Below are positions 22,850 to 36,146 of a stretch of DNA of 64,000 nt, in pieces (the first letter of the stretch is position 1; each line of letters begins with the position of its first letter). Location: the NCBI RefSeq assembly GCF_006345805.1, contig NC_043002.1:74710001-74774000 (forward strand). Direction: 5' to 3'. The notes below the pieces were generated by a model. It was not told the origin of the DNA. It did no database searches and saw only the letters and a list, made by a program, of their open reading frames with translations. Origin of the DNA: Octopus sinensis. Taxonomy: Eukaryota. The position numbers and the translations under genes are program-made.

Positions 22850-25800
22850 GAATTTTTTTCTTCTTTCCTCTTTCGCCATTCATTTTGTTCAAATTATTTC
22901 AGGCTATAGGGAAAATAGTAGTTACCTCCCTTGGGTCGTTTTGTCAGTTGCATGAGCCTGGGGGGTGGTAGTGGCGGCGGCGAGGAAGAAGCATAGAAAT
23001 TAAAAGACCTCCGTTGTTATTTTCCAATAGGAATTGAACATTTCCAGCTCACCCACCCCCACCTGCTAACTCATTCAATCATGATTATTGTTTTTGTCAT
23101 ATTCTGCAAGATAATTGAGTTAGGAATCCCACCATCACCTAATTAATTTTCTGTAATTTAATACAGAATGTCAGGTGCTGGAGAAAAAGCGTGATTAAAA
23201 ATTATCTTCTCTTTCGAATTTGATTTTTATTAACTCAGAGAATATTTGGTAGCTGTCTATTATTATTATTATTATTATCATTATTATTATTATTATTTGA
23301 CTATTTTCTTCTTTTGGCTGCAGGTGTCTGTCTGATGAGTGCATCAACCTTTTACTTTCTGCTTTGTTGTTTAGTCATGCATTCATTCGTATTAATTGTG
23401 TGTGTGCATGTGTGTAGGAGGCGTGTAAATTAGTCCATCAGTTCTGTATTCTAATGAAATGCTTCTCTTTTTCTTTTCCTTTGTCCATAGCATGAAATTA
23501 AGAGTATGGAGCTGTTTGACTAATTGCTAGTGATGATATGACTGATGATGGATTAATTTTATCGTACTCATTATTACAATTTTGTGAATATTCCAAATGA
23601 TTTATTATATCTGCTGTTCTTGTTGTTATTATTATTATTAATATTGGTGTTGTTAATTATCGGTATTTTGTAATATTTAGTTATCTCACATTTTCAGCTT
23701 CTAAAATTGCATCAGGGAAGATTTTACCATTTTTTTTCTTCTAGTGTTTGTGAATTCAGTATCAGTAATATACTGTGGTTCATTCAATCAACAGCATCTT
23801 CTGCCAACATTTTTGGCTTTGAGTCAATGTTGGAAATAATTATTGTTAATGCTGCAATAATTAATCCTGCTAGATTATCATGAGTATTGTGGTTGTTCAT
23901 CATCATTGTTATTTAATGTCCACTTTTCAATGCTTGTATGGGTCATACAGAATTTGTTTTCCATGGCCCGGTGCCCTTCCTGTCACTAACCTTTGCTTGT
24001 TTCCCTGCAAGGTAATATTTCCCCATAACTAGACATGTTTTTCATGCATGTCTGAAAGCAAAAACCTGACCATGATTCTCATTTGCAATCACTACATGAT
24101 GTCATGACTAAGGTACACACAAACCCATATACATATGTATACAAAGGGCATCTTTCAGTTTCTGTCTGCCAAATCTACTCACAAAACTTTGTTCAGTTGA
24201 GGCTGTAATAGAAAATACTTGATTAAGATGCCATGCTGTGGATTGAACTGGAGACTACATAGTTGGGAAGCAAGCTTCTTAACAACATGGCCATGTCTGC
24301 ATCTATTCTTAGTTGATATTAATATTACTATTATTTGAATTATATTCCTATTTGCTCTGAGACCAAATTTTACTAGCATCAATTTTGTCTTTCATCATTC
24401 TGGTTTTGATAAAAATAAGTAGTGAGGTTGATTTAATCAACTGTACTTTGTCCTTCCAAATAACTGTGCCTGAAGCTGGAAATAAAAAAAAGTCTTATTT
24501 CTTAGTTAGATGAGGAAGGCCAGCAGCTGTGATATTTTAAAGGGCCTTTGGAATTTGTAGGGAGTAGGTGGATGGAGGAAAGAGAGGAAGAAACTATGCT
24601 TGTATGATGGAAATTCTTGTTTACAACCATCATGCTATGTCAAAACAAGGGTATGCATGCACACACACACACACAAATGGGATTCTTTCAGTTTCTATCT
24701 ATTAAATTCACTTACAAGGCTTTGGTCAGGCCTGAAGCTGTAGCAGAAAACATTCTCAAGGTGCTATGTAGTGGGACTAAATCTGGAACTGTATGGTTGT
24801 GAATCAAGTTTCTTACCACACAGCCACACTCTGAGAAAAGGTGAACGAATGAAAGAATGAATGAGAGAAAAGAAGAAATCAAGAAAAAAGGGAAGGAAGA
24901 ATGAATGGACAAAAGGAAAAATTTTTCTGTATGACTTTGAAAGTTTTTGAAATAATCAAAACTTTCATTATTGCTTTCCAACAGTGTACATCATTGATGT
25001 TTTCAGTAATATATGTATTACAGAAATTGTGGACTGAAAAACATTCTCCACAAATACAGTCTTGTAGTCACAAACTTTGAGATAAAATCATTGCTTAAGA
25101 AAGTGTGAAAAGGACTAATAAAAACACCATATATACTGTGCTATAACTACTGTCAGTGGGTATATACAATTTGTTTGGTGAATTAAATTATTTTATTTGA
25201 TTCAACAGTAATTAAATAAAATAATTATTTAATTAAGACGAAGAAGCTGTAATTTACTTACCAGAATAGTGCAATCAAGTAGATGTGTAGTTGTGTGTGT
25301 GTGTTCATGTTTGTAGAAACAGTATCTCTGTCTGTCTATCTGTAAGATAAATTATGTAAAAATGTCTGGTTGCTCAGACACTAGAATCTTAATTCTTTTG
25401 CTCTTGTCGGTACAATCTAGATAGATAGTCGAGTCTAGACAACTGGTTAACTAACACCAATCTCTCTGCTTTGCCACAACACTATGCACCCTAAGTTTGA
25501 ATGCCTTCAAGAGCTTGTAAGAGAACCTCTATGCTAGGGATCGACCATTGTTTTTGTAATAACCCGCTTATGGATGTTTTTTGTTTCTTTTTTAACATTT
25601 CCCCCATACTCCACATCTGTATTATAAGCATGGCTGTATGGTTAAGAAGATTGCTTTGCAACTACATGTTTCTGGGTTCAGTCCCACACTGGGTTCAGTC
25701 CCATGGACAATTTTTTTTTTTAACTATATCCCCAGGCCTACCAATACCATGTGAGTGAATTTGGTAGCTGGAAACTGTGGAAGCCTGTTGTATGTGGTTG

Positions 25801-27164
25801 TATTTGTTCCCCCTTGCTGTCTGATAACTAGTGTTGGTTTGTTTGCGTCCTCTTAACTGAGCAGTTTAGCAAAAGACACCATTAGAAAAAGTACCAGACT
25901 GGAAAAAAAATATGTACTAGGATCAATTTGACTGACTGAACCCTTCAGGGTGGTGTCCCAGGGTGGGCAGAGTCCAATGACTGAAGCAAGTAATAGATAA
26001 AATATAAAACTATCCCTACATATTGCCCTATTAAACAAATCATGACACAAAAGACTATTTAAAAGCTTTCAACTTCTGATTGGCCCAGAAATAGATTAAA
26101 TACGAAAATTTTTAGAAAAGGTTCAAGGCCCATGGAAAACACCACAGTATTACAAATGTGGATTGTGGCCCGCCTGTTGATGAGCTCTGCTCTGTGCAGT
26201 TCCCTGTCCTGATAGAATAGCAATCTGATATCTTGAATTACGTACTCCTGTCTTTTGAGTACGGAGGTGGGGAACCCCAGACATATTGGACAGTTTAGTA
26301 TTGATATATATAAATGGGGTGCTCTTGGCTAGAACACCTTTCACTTTGCATAGGGGTATTCAATCAGGGTGGAAGTGAGGGTCTCACAACAATAGCAAGT
26401 GTGTATGAGTTGAGGAATCAAGACATCTTGTCTCCTGACATCTATTGCAGTATAGACACACACTCACATATGCACACATACACATGTAAAAGTGCATCAG
26501 GCTTGTATAGCATTGCTTCTCAACATTTTCAGCCTTGCATACCTTTTCCCTGGACAGCATTTTACAAATATTCCATAACCTTGTTTTACAACAATAACAT
26601 TAAAAAAATCCAACTTTAATCATACAGAAGCTAATTTTGCAAAATGTTCTATTATCCAGATATTGTTACATTATAAAATATTATAATTATAGCAAGGAGG
26701 ATACAGAAAGAAACAAAGTTCACAATTCAGTTTCCACATCAATGATATCCATCATTATCCATTCACTTTTCCATGCTTGCATGGATCAGATGGAATTTGA
26801 TGAGGCAGATTTTCTATGACTGGATGCCCCTCCTATTGCCAATCCTCACCTGTTTCCAAGCAAGGTAATATTTTTCCATGACCAGACATGCTTTTTTAAG
26901 GAAGAGTGGAAACAACCAATACTGCTTATATCACATGATGTCAAGTGTATACATACAGAATGAGGTTCTTTCACTTTCCAGTTACCAAATTCAGTCACAA
27001 GCCTTTGGTTGACCAGTGGCTATAATTGATGATATTTGCCCTAAGTACCATGCACTGGAAGTACCGAGAGCACGTGGTTGGCAAGCAAGCTTCTTAGCCA
27101 CACCTATGCCTATGTAGTGTAGTATGTGTGTGTGTGTGTGGGTGGGCGTTTGGGTGCATTGCTT

Positions 27165-27490
27165 AGTGGTTTGAACATTGGGCTCACAATCATGAGGTAG
27201 TTCAATTCCTGGCCCGGGCTGTGTGTTGTGTTCTTGAGCAAGTCACTTTATTTTCATGTTGCTCCAGTTCACTCAGCTGTGAAAATGAGTTGTGACATCA
27301 CTGGTGTCAAGCTGCTTCAGCATTTGTCTTTCCCTTGGATAACATCGGTGGTTTGGAGAGGGGAAGCTGAAATGCATGGGCAACTGCTGTTTTCCATAAA
27401 TAACCTTTCCTGGACTTGTGCCTCGCAGGGGAACTTCCTAGGTGCATTCCTATGGTCATTTATTACCAAAGTGGGTCTTCACACTTTACC
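27165..27490 (+). mobile_element. tRNA-derived SINE of another family (CORE-like GAGCAAGTCACTT segment)
   Basis: TAGTGGTT A-box and GTTCAATTCC B-box. Related pieces at 8505-8650, 37780-38000, 42010-42240 and 53480-53825 (minus). Confidence 0.65.
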
Positions 27491-27510
27491 TTTTATTTAT
27501 GTATATATAT

Positions 27511-28238
27511 CATTATCATCATCATCGTTTAACGTCCGCTTTCCATGCTAGCATGGGTTGGACGGTTCAACTGGGGTCTGGCAAGCCCGAAGGCTGCACC
27601 AGGCCAGTCAGATCTGGCAGTGTTTCTACAGCTGGATGCCCTTCCTAACGCCAACCACTCCGAGAGTGTAGTGGGTGATTTTATGTGCCACCAACACAGG
27701 TGCCAGACGAGGCTGGCAGACAGTCACGCTCGAATGGTGTTTTTTATGTGCTACCGACACAGGTGCCAGACGAGGCTGGCAGACGGCCACGCTCGGATGG
27801 TGTTTTTTATGTGCCACCGACACAAGTGCCAGACGAGGCTGGCGAACGGCTACGATCGGATGGTGTTTGTTATGTGCCCACAGCACGGGGCCAGTCGATG
27901 CGGTACTGGCTACGGTCCCGATCGGATGGTTTTCTTATGTGCCACCGGCACTGGTACCACAAGGATACAAATTCCATTGATGTTCATCTATTTGATTTGA
28001 TTCGATTTGACGCCACCGACACAGGTGCCAGACGAGGCTGGCAGACGGCCATGCTCGGATGGTGTTTTTTATGTGCCACCGACACAGGTGCCAGACGAGG
28101 CTGGCGAACGGCTACGATCGGATGGTGTTTGTTACGTGCCCACAGCATGGGGCCAGTCGATGCGGTACTGGCTACGGTCCCGATCGGATGGTTTTCTTAT
28201 GTGCCACCGGCACTGGTACCACAAGGATACAAATTCCA
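27511..28238 (-). mobile_element. RTE LINE 3'UTR fragment with an internal 227-bp duplication
   Basis: (CAT)n tail at 27511-27526. The reverse complement matches 30240-30684. CpG-rich and probably young. Confidence 0.92.
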
Positions 28239-28361
28239 ATAAACCATAACCTCCAAAAAATTGTGTATGTGTTTTGAGTATTAAAAAACATGGTGGTGCT
28301 GCATCATGACAGTAATTCTAATTGCTAAAATTAAGGGAGTCAGGAATAATGACTGACATTT

Positions 28362-30134
28362 GCTTGGAGAAGCCATTATGAAAGACTGCTGAATGTGGAG
28401 AATGAATGGGAGGAGGAGAGCCTGCCAAATGTTGACCCAGTAGAGGGACCAGCTATCCGAATAGACAGTTCCCTTGTAGTTAAGGCAATTAAGGGTATGA
28501 AACCAGGTAAAGCTCCCGGCCCATCAGGAATCACTGCTGAGATGCTTAAAACAGCTGGCTATGTGGGCTATGGCCTAGTCACCCGCATTGTAAACCAGGT
28601 AGTTCATAATGGAGTCATACCCAATGACTGGCGTAGCAGCACCATAGTCAACTGCTACAAGGGTAAGGGTGATGCTCTAGATAGAAATAACTACAGGGGT
28701 ATTAAACTGTTGGATCAGGTGATGAAGGTCACAAAGAGGGTCATAACCCATCTCATTAGGGAGAGAATTTGCTTAGATGAGATGCAGTTCGGTTTTGTGC
28801 CGGGTAGAAGCACCACTGATGCTATATTCCTGGTCCGACAACAGCAGGAGAAGTACCTAGCTAAAGATAAACCCCTCTACATAGCTTTTGTGGACTTGGA
28901 GAAAGCCTTTGACAGGGTCCCCCGATCCCTTATCTGGTGGTTGATGCGGAAACTGGAGATTGACGAATGGCTAATAAGGGCTGTACAGGCCCTATACAGA
29001 GAGGCTGTCAGCAAGGTTAGGATTGGCAACGAATATAGTGAAGATTTCCGGGTAGAAGTAGGTGTACACCAAGGCTCAGCCCTCAGTCCCCTTTTATTCA
29101 TCATAGTCCTCCAGGCAATAACAGAGGAATTCAAAACAGGTTGCCCCTGGGAGCTCCTCTATGTTCATGACCTGGCTCTCATAGCAGAATCACTACCGGA
29201 ACTAGAAAAGACATTTCGGGTGTCGAAGCAAGGGTTAGAATCAAAGGGCCTTAGAGTAAATGAGGCAAAGACCAAAGTTATAGTAAGCAGAAAGGCGAAC
29301 TCAGCACACACCCCCTCAGGCAGGTGGCCCTGCTCGATCTGTAGGAAAGGTGTAGGTAGAAACTCCATAAGATGCACCCAGTGTAAGCTATGGATGCATA
29401 AGAGGTGCAGCAACATCAAAGGGAAATTAACTGATAAGATAGCTTTCATGTGCAGCAGATGCACAGGGACAATAGACACCACAGATACTCAGAAAACAGA
29501 TTCCATCACACTCCAGGGGGTGAAACTAGAAGTAGTTGATAGTTTCCGCTACCTGGGTGACCAAGTTAGTAGTGGAGGTGGATGCTCAGAGAGTGTCACC
29601 ACTAGAATACGAATAGCCTGGGCAAAGTTCAGAAAGCTCCTAACCCCTACTGGCAACAAAGGGTCTCTCTCTCTCAAAGTGAAAGGTAGATTGTATGACG
29701 CATGTGTGTGAACCGCCATGCTTCACGGTAGTGAAACATGGGCTGTGACTGCAGAGGACATGCGTAGACTTGAAAGGAATGAAGCTAGCATGATCCGCTG
29801 GATGTGTAATGTCAGTGTGTGCGCACGACAGAGGGTAAGCACCCTGAGAGAAATGCTGGACATAAGAAGCATCAGATGCGGTGTGCAAGAGCGACGCTTG
29901 CGATGATATGGTCATGTACTGCGGATGGATGAAGAGAGATGTGTGAAGAAGTGCCACTCCCAAACAGTTGAAGGTATCAGGGGGAGAGGTAGACCCAGGA
30001 AGACATGGGATGAGGTAGTCAAGCATGACCTCAGAGTGTTGGGCCTCACTGAGGCAATGGCGAAGGACCGAGATCTCTGGAGATATGCTGTGACTGCAAA
30101 GACCCGGGCTGCTTTCTGCACCAGTTCCGCATAG
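28362..30134 (+). pseudogene. RTE ORF2 reverse transcriptase, inactivated
   Basis: Catalytic YADD reads YVHD (29160-29171). In-frame TGA at 29709-29711 and 29904-29906. Apparent compensating indels near 29640-29670. No endonuclease domain. Confidence 0.92.
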
Positions 30135-30684
30135 CCCCTGCCTCAGTTCTGCATAGCCCTTACCCATTTAAAGTACCTTGGATTCCAGAACATCCCGCTG
30201 TGCTTGAGGAGACCTGTTGAGTCAAGTACATGAATATCGAAATAAATATCAATGGAAATAGTAGTTGTGATATCTGTGCTGGTGGCACATAAAGAGCACC
30301 ATCCGAACGTGGCCGATGCCAAAAGAACCATCCGAATGTGGCCGTTGCCAGCGCCGTCTCGACTGGCTTCTGTGCCGGTGGCACATATAAAGCACCATCC
30401 GAACGTGCCGATGCCAGCGCCGCCTTGGCTGGCTTCCGTGCCGGTGACACATTAAAAGCACCAACCGATCGTGGCCAATGCTGGACTCCCCTGGCACCTG
30501 TGCAGGTGGCACGTAAAAAGCACCCACTACACTCGCGGAGTGGTTGGTGTTAGGAAGGGCATCCAGCTGTAGAAACACTGCCAGATCAGACTGGGGCCTG
30601 GTGCAGCCCCTGGCTTCCCAGACCCCGGTCGAACTGTGCAACCCGTACTAGCGTGGAAAACGGACAATAAACGATGATGATGAT
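28362..30684 (+). mobile_element. 5'-truncated RTE-clade LINE (RT, PHD-like finger, C-terminus, 3'UTR, (GAT)n tail)
   Basis: Frame starts AWRSHYERLLNVENEW. RT motifs NYRGIKLL, QFGFVPGRSTT, AFVDLEKAFDRV and GVHQGSALSPLLF. Ends TAAACGATGATGATGAT. Confidence 0.97.
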
Positions 30685-32548
30685 TTGGTAACAATTGCTA
30701 GTTGCCAAATCAGCAAAAAATGTAGAACTGTTTTGTTCAAAGACTATAAAATGCTACTTTTAGAGGTTTTAGCCATTGGACTGTGATCATGTAAGGGCTT
30801 TTGTTTCAGTGTTCTAGTTAATCATAACAGATCCCCACTCTTTTTTAATCATTGTCTACTTACCAAATTACTAAGTTATGTATTTGAAATGAAGTTTCAA
30901 ACTTATTGATTATTCAGATAAATTTAGATATGGAAAAATACACACATACACACACACGCAAATGATGTATATCTACTCTGTATCTATCTATTAAATTCCT
31001 CTTTGAAGGCATTGGCCAATGCAAGTCTACAGTTGAAAATTCTTGCTCGAGGTATCACACAATGTATTCAAACTGGAACCCCTGTGGTTGTGAAGCAACT
31101 GCCTTATCCAAGCAGCCGTACCTGTGAGGTTGTTTGCCTATTGCAGCTAATATTTCTTGAATGTTTTGATAACTATTGCCAATAGCTAGGTAGCTAGGTG
31201 AACAAAGAGATGTAGACATGAGAGTTGTGTCCAGAGATTCTATAAAATGCCTGCGGTAGATTTCAACTATAGATCTTCGCTGATGATGCTCTAATACTTT
31301 ATCTACTTAACTCGATCACTTTCAGTATTGAATTGGAATTCTCTTACATAAGAACTGATGATAAATAGATGCAGATAACTTCTTTTTTTATGTATGTTTG
31401 TATGTCTGTGGAAATATATCTGATAACACAGTTCTTTGGCTTTATTCTTAGTTTCGTTACAATTTTCCTGTAACCACTTCCATTTATCTTAAAGAACATT
31501 AAACTATATAGTTAAAAGGTTAAAATATAAACTCAAGTGGCTTGGGAAATGTTTAAAAGCACTGTATGTTTTTCAGGTTTAAATTGGAAACCTCTCTGTC
31601 AATGTATTGTTAGAATCTCCCTTTGTGAATGCCGGTGCTGAAATAATTTCTTGGCTAATCGAGTCCATCAGTCTAGTTTATAATTTTCTCAGCTGAATTT
31701 GTTTTCAATTACTGTATTAGATGGCATATAAGATACACTATTTTTCCCTCCAAAAAAAAAGAAAAAAAGAAGCCTTAAAACATCCTATACGCGAAGTTGA
31801 TCCTGTATGTAAAAGTCGTCCCAATATTTATATGCCTCCATAAGGTGGTGAGCTGGCAGAATTGCTAGCACACCGGGAAAAATATTTAGCATCATATCAT
31901 CTGGCTTTACATCTTGAGTTCAAATTTCATCTAGGTTGACTTTGCATTTCATGCTTTTGCGGGGTCAATAAAATAAGTACCAGTTGAGTACTGGGGTTGA
32001 TTTAATTGACTTACCCCTCCCCAAATTTGCTAGCTTTGTGCCAAAATTTGAAACCAATATTATATGCTTTAATGCATTATAATTTTTTTTTTTCCCTGAA
32101 TATGCACTGAAATATCTTTAAAAAAATCTCCCCAGGTCCTGTATGTGAAGTTGTTCCTCCCATAAACTAAATTTGTCCTGATATTACATGCTTTCAATGT
32201 GCTAAAAACTTTCTATCTTAAATCTGCATTGTTGAAGTTTTAGGGGGTGTCTAATATGATTGGACGTCTTTTATGTTATCAAATATCTTACATCATTAAC
32301 AGTGTTAAAGAAACATGAGTGTCCAGTCATCACATCTCTCTGACATTGGTACAAAAACAAAATTAGTGAATTGGACAAAGTTTACTTTACTTTGATACCA
32401 CACTATTAACAGTTGTAACTGAGGCAGTTTTTATTATTTTAACTTCAATAATATGCTAGACTTAAGTCATTTGGGCTCACTTTGAAAAACAAAAAAAACT
32501 TTCAAAATAAGCATTGTACAATGAGAAAAGATGAAAATTATAATTCAT

Positions 32549-32590
<42 letters not shown>

Positions 32591-33869
32591 TCCCTATCAT
32601 CATCTTCATCATTGTCATCCCTATCAAGTAACTACTTGAAGTTACTTAATAGTGATGCATTATTTAAGAAATACTTAAAGCATTATTTCACAAATACAGT
32701 TAATTAATTTCTAATTGGAGTAAAAAAAAATAAGAAGAAAAAAGAGTAATTTTATTAACAAGATGTATTAAGGATATTATATTGTAAGCTATAAATCACT
32801 TTCATTAGCATTGCTGATCTCCAAATTTGTGAAGCAGACTTAAACATTATTTTTGCATTCATGTTTCTCTTTATTTATTCCTTCATTTATTAGTATTTTT
32901 TATTCTCTGCATCTCATGAAACTGGGTTAATGTTCCTAGACATTAGCCAGATTTTTGGTACTCAACAAACTGAGGAGATCTGAAGATATTTGTGTAATAT
33001 AATTTGCAAGGCCACTTGAAAACTAGAAAACACTACAAGTATTCTAAGTGGTGGAAATGACTTATTATTGTTCTCAAAGACTTAGCGGTTGTAGCTGGTT
33101 TTTCGTTAATCATTTATTTAATTTGTGTTGCTGGCATCTCAGAAATTTAAGCAGCAAAAATTAAAAATTACAAATATTCTCTTCTAATTACAAATATTAT
33201 TTATTTATTTTTTTTTGTCCTTTTATAAAAGGAATTTGTTTTGGAATTTTAATTTTGTTTAATTTTACATTCATTCATTCAATCAATTTATTTATTTCTC
33301 ACCACTTACTGCAGACTTTGTTTATAGGACATTGTTTTTGAATATCATTATCAATTTACTTTTAGAAAACACTTTTTTTTTTATACGAGTGCTTAGAAAC
33401 GTTCATGTATTTCTTTTCACCACAAAACATGGCTTTTAAATCTCTACACTCAACCACTACAGTATTCTTTTAACCTATCTTAACATCAACTTCAGTGCAA
33501 TAAAAAAAACCCACTAATAACACAAAATAAAATTTTTACTTCACAAGATTAAAACTAACAGTTGTACCCAACAAATCATAACACACCACACTATGTACAT
33601 AGAAACAACACCAAAGAACAACCACTTCATATCATACATCACTCCTTAATGATGTTACCCACTCCACAAAAATACAATAATGCTTCTTGTCTTCCACCCA
33701 TGCTCCCCCCACCTCTCCCTTCACCCCTCTACTATTGTTGTCATCATTTTAGTGTCTTTGTTTTTATTCTATGCTAATGTTTTCAATTGGTCTGCTGCAC
33801 AGAACATTGTCAACGGTTTTGGTCTTTCATCATCTTGTCTGTGAAGACCAGTATGCTAAGATCTGATTT

Positions 33870-33912
<43 letters not shown>
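33870..33912. repeat. (ACT)n microsatellite
   Basis: Seen directly. Confidence 0.9.
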
Positions 33913-33913
<1 letters not shown>

Positions 33914-33940
33914 GTAATCTTTAGTCTTCTTCATCTATGG

Positions 33941-34186
33941 CAGTGGTTCTCAACCACATTTTGTCCTTGAACCCTTTTGATTTCTATTTTACTCAGGTGG
34001 ATCCCAATAGCCATTCAATATTAAAAAATATTTTATAATTAATTATTGAATAAGAATTGTATAAAAGAAATTGTTACCATATTTTGTACATTGTGGAAGT
34101 GTAACCAATTTAGTACACATAATTTTGGACAACAGAATCTTATATGGATCCTCAAAGGTCATGTGGACCCTGGTTGAGAAACACTG
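33941..34186 (+). mobile_element. hAT (Charlie-like) MITE
   Basis: TIRs CAGTGGTTCTCAACC / GGTTGAGAAACACTG. 8-bp TSD ATCTATGG / ATCTATGA. Confidence 0.92.
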
Positions 34187-34535
34187 ATCTATGATTAGCC
34201 TCTACTAACAATGTCTATTACTTTTTCATCTAACACTCATCATCCATTAGCATCATGTGGTCTGTACTAATAAGCTTCTTATAACAAAATGATACACCAT
34301 AATTGATTCCTATTGATTCAGTGATGTTCTTGGGAATTAATCTTTTAAGTAAACATGTTTTGTTTCTATCCTTTAAGCATTGTTAATTTGCTATTTTTGT
34401 CTAAGATTTTCCAGGCACAGACATAACTGTGTGTAGTTGAGATGTTTGCTTCCCAGCCAAATGGGCAACAGTTTTGTCTACTATGGCCCTGGGTGGGCTA
34501 AAGCTTTGTTAGTGGATTTGGTAGATGGATGGTTG

Positions 34536-34572
<37 letters not shown>

Positions 34573-34815
34573 GAGCAGAATACAACAGTAAATTTGTGAA
34601 ACTTATTTTATTATGATTATGTGTATGTGTGCACTTAGCTCTTTACATTCCTCAGGCCATTGCTTCTATGAAAAGGTAGATGAGATGACCACCATCATTG
34701 TTCAGTGAACTCACAGTGAATGGTGGCTAGGATTCCTTCTATCACAACTTGATTGGTCTATCCTATTTTATTTTAGTGATGGGGAGAAAATCTCCTTGCT
34801 TATATGTGTGTGTGT

Positions 34816-35100
34816 AGGCACATGACCTAGTGGTTAGAGCAGTGGACTCGCAGGTTCGAATCTCAGACCTGGCAATGTGTGTATTTATGAGCAAAACACC
34901 TAAGCTCCATGTGGCTCCAGTAGAAGGTAATGGCGAACTTCTGCTGACTCTTTTGCCACAACTTTCTCTCGCTCTTTCCTCTTGCATCTAGCAGCTCACC
35001 TGTGATGGACCAGCGTCCCATCCAGGTAGGGAACCTATACACCAATGAAACCAGGATACTGGTCCATTATGAGTCAGGCATGGCTTGAGAAAGAACAAAC
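34816..35100 (+). mobile_element. tRNA-derived SINE with a V-domain-like core
   Basis: TAGTGGTTAGAGC A-box and GGTTCGAATCTC B-box. CCTGTGATGGACCAGCGTCCCATCCAGG resembles the V-SINE central domain (recalled). Confidence 0.7.
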
Positions 35101-36146
35101 AATACACACACACACACACACTAGATGTCTTTCAGTTTCTGCCTTCCAAATTCACTTCCAAGGCTCTTGTTGGTCTAGGATTATAGTAGAAGACATTTGC
35201 TCTAGATATCACGAAGTGGGACTGAACCTGAAACCATGTGGTCAGGAAACAAACATCTTCACCATACAGCTATGACTGTGCCTATATGGCCAAACCTGGG
35301 TTGAATACAGTTTCTGTCTACCAAATTCGCTCATAAGACATTGGTTGGCCCAAGATATTTTGCTCAAGGTACTGTTCAATAAGACTGAATTCAAAACCTC
35401 ATGGTTATGAAATAGACTTCTTAACCACAAAGTTATACTTTTGTTGGTCATAATAAAAACAAGCTATCAAGAAGGTTAGAGAGGGCTTTTAGCCTGACTA
35501 TTTTATTACAATGACCCAAGGATTCTTATATTTTTTGCAGTATATAATGAAACTTGAACCTCTGAAACAATATAACGTAACGAGTGTGCTGTTTAATTAA
35601 AATAACATAAATGTAGTTTTAAGTGAGGTATAATTATTACTAGCTACTCGACATTTAATACTAGTTTGGAAGAAAGATTTGGGTGGCAATTTTCTGAAGT
35701 GCCATTATCTGGTATGAGATCATCATGAGAATAGAAATAGACCAAGAAGGTGTGATGTAGATAAAATAGAATGATTTCCTCAAGAATTCTCTTTGAGAAC
35801 TGAATGAGGCAAGACCTATATTTAGGTTTAAAAGTGTAATTTCGGGAAATGGCTATAAATACTCATGAGAAATACTTGAGACAACCAAATACAGAATTGT
35901 TGAATGAATTAATTTGGAGATGACTACTTAATGGCAAATATTGTGTGGCTACTTTTTTTTTTTTTATAATCTTTATTTTATACCTCCCCACCTTTTTTTT
36001 TAATGGTCATTTTATATATTGCAGCATCAACTTACTATTTCTATCTTTTGTAGTTTTTGTATCTGTGAAAGATTCTGTGCTTCTTTTATTTCTTTTTTAC
36101 TTTATTTCTTTTTTTTTGATGATTTCTATCTTTTCAATTGTTATAG

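Noticed and set aside
25262-25339. Minus-strand 78-nt unit with a strong acceptor and CTG|GTAAGT donor, suggesting a nested antisense gene
   Set aside because: Microsatellite-containing, no protein similarity and no partner exons found. About one such pair is expected by chance in 64 kb.
26178-26228. TGATGA...CTGA...CTGA cluster
   Set aside because: Too short for a C/D snoRNA and lacks a terminal stem.
27660-28240. Regularly spaced repeats resembling a CRISPR array
   Set aside because: Eukaryotic context, no unique spacers and no cas genes. The units belong to the RTE 3'UTR.
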